DNA of 64,000 nt, taken from Paraspadella gotoi (Eukaryota; Animalia; Chaetognatha). The notes beneath the pieces are model-generated. The model was not told the origin of the DNA, searched no databases, and saw nothing but the letters and a program-made list of their open reading frames with translations. Made by a program: the position numbers and the translations under genes. Where the stretch lies: NCBI GenBank assembly GCA_051294375.1, contig CM119267.1, positions 15,788,105 to 15,852,104 on the forward strand, in the 5' to 3' direction. Below, piece after piece: positions 55,201 through 64,000 of this stretch (its first letter is position 1; each line of letters begins with the position of its first letter).

Positions 55201-57234
55201 TTTTTGTCTTTTTCAATTCTCAAAAAGGGGAACTAAAGGAGTGAGGGGCAAAGCCAAATGAAAAGGTCTTAAAAACGCGTCTGGTATTTTCGTTATCCTT
55301 TGCTCGATTTAAAAGTGAAATACCGTTTGACTTTTGGTTCGCAGAGTCGAGTTCCCGGAACGACCCTGGCTTCTCGGCGGCCAATCTTTCCGTCGACGCC
55401 GTCGGAGATTCGGGCTTCACCAACTCTTTCACAAAGTCAGTGCACCGTTTCTATCGAGGTTAAACAGATTTAAAGAGGGTTCGAAAGAGAAGGGGATATA
55501 GTCGAAAGAAAGGGAAGGCAAAGGGATAGAAATGAGGCGAGAAGAGGAAACAAATGGCACTTTTACAAAAAGAAAAATTAATGCAATAAAACTGTTAATA
55601 ACTGTACCCTGTATTCGGAGAGGGAGGGTTCCAAGCGTTCCGTCCATTCATCCTCACCCTCAATGTCGTAGTCGCAAATCAGCTTGAGACACTGAAAACC
55701 AAGGAAAAGCCGATTTTAAAAAGATAATCCGGAAACGACGGGCGTTTGCAGTTGCATTTGCGACATCAAAAAAAAGCATTATATCAAAGAATTTTAAAAC
55801 AATTAATATATCGTCTAGAAGGTAAGAGAGAGTACATTCAGATTTTAAAAAAATATTAAGAGGTTTAGAGTAATGTTTTTTTTTTTAAATTTTGTCTAGA
55901 TATTATCACAGATGATCAAATTTTTTACTTAAAATCAGAGCTTCCAAACCTTGGACAAAAATCCGAGTATTTTCGCTGCTCTGGCCGACGGGTGTTTTTC
56001 CGTCAACAGGTAGAGTTTCGGATTAGCCAAGGCCTCTGCAAAAAAGTCCCCGACCACCAGTTTCGCGACGTAGCCAAACTTTGAATCCTGTAATAGCGGG
56101 TAGGTGTGGCTGGGTTAAGAAATTAAATGGATTTGTGAAAAAAAAATAGCGAACCTTTTCCGATGTTCCGCATTTTTTTGTTCTGTCATAGTATGTATGT
56201 CAATTAATCATATTATTACCTCGAAAATTGATTGAAAAATGTGCGTTTCTCCTTTGAAGTCGTTGGCCCACTTCTTCTGGCATCTGTGAAGGAGTCGACG
56301 AAATACTCGTCGGATGACGGGAGGGCACATTGACGCAGAAACTAAAACCGACTCCAACAACACTGGAAACGTCAAACGAAATGAGAAAGTTTGTATTCAT
56401 TGTTGACAGCGAGTAGAAATATTTTAGAAAAAGTAGAGATTAAATTTTTACTGTACTAATGTTTCCCTTCACAAAATACAGAAACATTCTAGTTTACACA
56501 ATCTATGTCATCTTTTCGTCCAATCGCCCCCTTTTTCACTTGACAAATAATTGGTGAGAGTCGCCACGCTGGTCTGAAATATCATTTCGTTGTTCTTTTT
56601 GTCGCAGACGCTTCGAAAATCCAACTCGACCAAGCGATTCTCCTCATAGATTCTGTTCACCGTGTTCGCCATCACGTCGGACAGGTAAGGCTGCCCTACC
56701 AACTGCGATAAAAATGATGAGATAGGTGAGGAAATACGGTTATCATAAATCTTAATACCTTGATGAAATACTTGATCGATTCAGAAGCCATCGTGCTGTC
56801 TGAAAACAGATCGCTTGGATTTTCTGTTTGTTAAACACATGGGAAATAGAAACAGAAAAAAAAGGAGTAAAGTTAAAAATAGTTTTGTTTTTTATTTCGC
56901 CTAATCCGATGGCATTTTCGTTTTCATTTCGCCCAAAAGCAATTAAAATTCAGTTGCCAATTTATTTCACTCACGACAGTTGACTATGGCCTTTTCGACG
57001 AGATAATCGATCAACGTCTCGATCTCCCCTCTACCGAGAAATAGTCGAACTAAGATGCGCGTCGACTCCGCCACATCCAAGTTCCCCTCGTCCTCCAACA
57101 TGTCGAGGACGCAGGATGACTTGAATTCAGGGACCTTTCAAGGGAGCAGGGAAAATTTTAGGGGGTTGTAATTGTAAACGTCGATTATCAATGTTATCAT
57201 CAGAAGTACCATCATTTATCAGCGCAGGAAAGGG

Positions 57235-57320
<86 letters not shown>

Positions 57321-58607
57321 AGAGACAAAATTGCTTCGTTAAATTATATGCAAAGTGGGGTGACTCAAAAGACAAAGACGACGAAGACGACGACGAACAG
57401 ACGACGGTGTATATTATATAGAAGTAAAGAAATGTAACGTTTACATACTCAAGACATAATGACTCAATAAATTTAAAAAGTTAAGTAGAACTAACAGAAG
57501 ATGGGCCGCCCCGCCGCTCGTCATCGCCCTCGCTCTTCTCCCGCACAGAATTTAGCAGAAGGAGCACCAATGGCTGGTACAAGGTTGACGGCAAAATCCG
57601 ATCCTATCCACAAAATTAATATATTAATTAATAAGTATATTATAATATTGGAGAAGACGAAAAACTGAGGTCGCCTAAATATAAAATAAAGTATATAATA
57701 AATTGATGAATTTTGTATTATTGTGTTTGCTTAGACTCTCACCTCTGTGAGTCTGATCCGAATTTTAATTTGACCCAAGTTTTTGTCTTGCATCCCGGTG
57801 ATCGAGGAAAGGAGCGTTCGACGACCGCTGAGATTGCGTCCACAGAAACAATGGGATAATTAATCGCCAATGGTAAATAGTAAATATAAATCAGGAGCAT
57901 TTTCTTCGACTCTTGAGTGGAAAACTTCATGAAAGATGATGATGATTAATGATAATGATAGATGAAGATGATAAACGAATATTCAAATGGAAAAAAAACG
58001 GCAACAGACCACAATGACGAGGACGACAACGAAGACTACTCTCACCCTCTCGCGGCGTCGCCTCCGGTTGCCAATAACGTCGACGGCGCCCGAATCAAGG
58101 ACGATGAATTTCGCGTGGAGTCGCGTCGTCGCGGCTGCACCGGAAACCAATCGTCGAGTGGCTCGTCGAGCCTCAGGTCTTCGATTTTCACGCGAACCTT
58201 AATTGAGAACAATGAAATATTCTAATCTCAGTCATCAAGATAATATTTTTGATAAGCGAATCTCTCATACTTCGTAAAAATGATATATCTATCCAAAGTA
58301 GCCTCATACGTATTCATTTATTTCTCCCATATTGAACATTTTCTTTACAGGAGTTAGAAAATAGTACATCTATAACGCATTTTTTTAATATTTGATTTTG
58401 AAGATTAACCTTGAGACTTTTTACCTCTCCCATGAAATCGTTGTGTGAGAGTCTGTCCCAATCCCAAATGGTAATCTCGATCTCTTCCACCGAAGCGATC
58501 GAGGCCCCATTGTTTTTCCTCGTCGATGACGGCGTTGTTGTTGTTGTTGTCGTCGTGGGAAACTCGAACGATTCCTTCCACGTCGGAAACCGCGTTTTCT
58601 TTATTGT

Positions 58608-58609
<2 letters not shown>
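52293..58609 (-). CDS. GAP1-family RasGAP, RASAL1/RASA4(CAPRI)-like (C2B, RasGAP, PH, BTK); 5' exons absent; catalytic arginines substituted
   Basis: Spliced exons: TIKKTRFPTWKESFEF...IWDWDRLSHNDFMGE (C2B); LGQIKIRIRLTE|DRILPSTLYQPLVLLLL; LVRLFLGRG; LVGQPYLSDVM...RIYEENRLVELD; CPPVIRRVFRRL; FFAEALANPKLY; PH domain (VVEEGVLQK...RYFRLT...LYLQ|AKDFNELNKWLTSIRK); BTK motif FHPGVFRKFWTCC...GC; DWKDPFNVDVEAEAIFRQL; LLDILADLARAH; stop TGA at 52293-52295. Confidence 0.9.
53964..54153. mobile_element. Small inverted-repeat element enclosing TTAGGG repeats
   Basis: ttttcccagaacgccccattt is inverted to aaatggggcgctctgggaaaa. The interior contains ttagggttagggttagtgatgagggttaggg. Confidence 0.55.
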
Positions 58610-58643
<34 letters not shown>

Positions 58644-58789
58644 GGGGAGAGAGAGGGGGAGAGAGGGACTTCGAATTGAATATCGATATATTTAGCAAAA
58701 TTTAATTTTAAAAATAGCTTACATAATTTTTAAAAAAATATTAAGTAGGAGGAAATAAGGGACGTAACACGCTCCAAGAAGGAGAGATT

Positions 58790-64000
<5,211 letters not shown>

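Overview
Eukaryotic (invertebrate animal) genomic DNA: AT-rich, mostly short spliceosomal introns, many (GA)n microsatellites and three N gaps (37894-38502, 39655-40458, 50041-50050). TTAGGG-like repeats suggest a non-arthropod, compact-genome animal (inference). Five spliced genes can be rebuilt by hand. (1) The 3' end of a + strand single-pass membrane protein with a probable Ig-like ectodomain. (2) FHIP1/FAM160A on the - strand. (3) A His-rich DNAJB6-like J-protein on the - strand. (4) A near-complete fibrillin on the - strand with vertebrate-like domain order, a long N-terminal extension, a GPGG-repeat insert and no TB4 RGD. (5) The 3' part of a RASAL1/RASA4-type GAP1-family gene on the - strand, in which both catalytic arginine positions are substituted (candidate pseudo-GAP). 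Positions 58790-64000 are an indel-riddled copy of 47505-52670, most likely an assembly artefact. Introns and intergenic DNA carry a miniature LTR element (TRIM) and its solo LTR with apparently non-canonical TA...CA ends, Helentron/Helitron2-like elements (one family with covarying hairpins), Tc1/mariner-like MITEs, a foldback element and a CRE-like non-LTR fragment. No CRISPR array, rRNA or tRNA was seen. Homology calls are from recalled family sequences, not database searches, and exon coordinates marked ~ are approximate.
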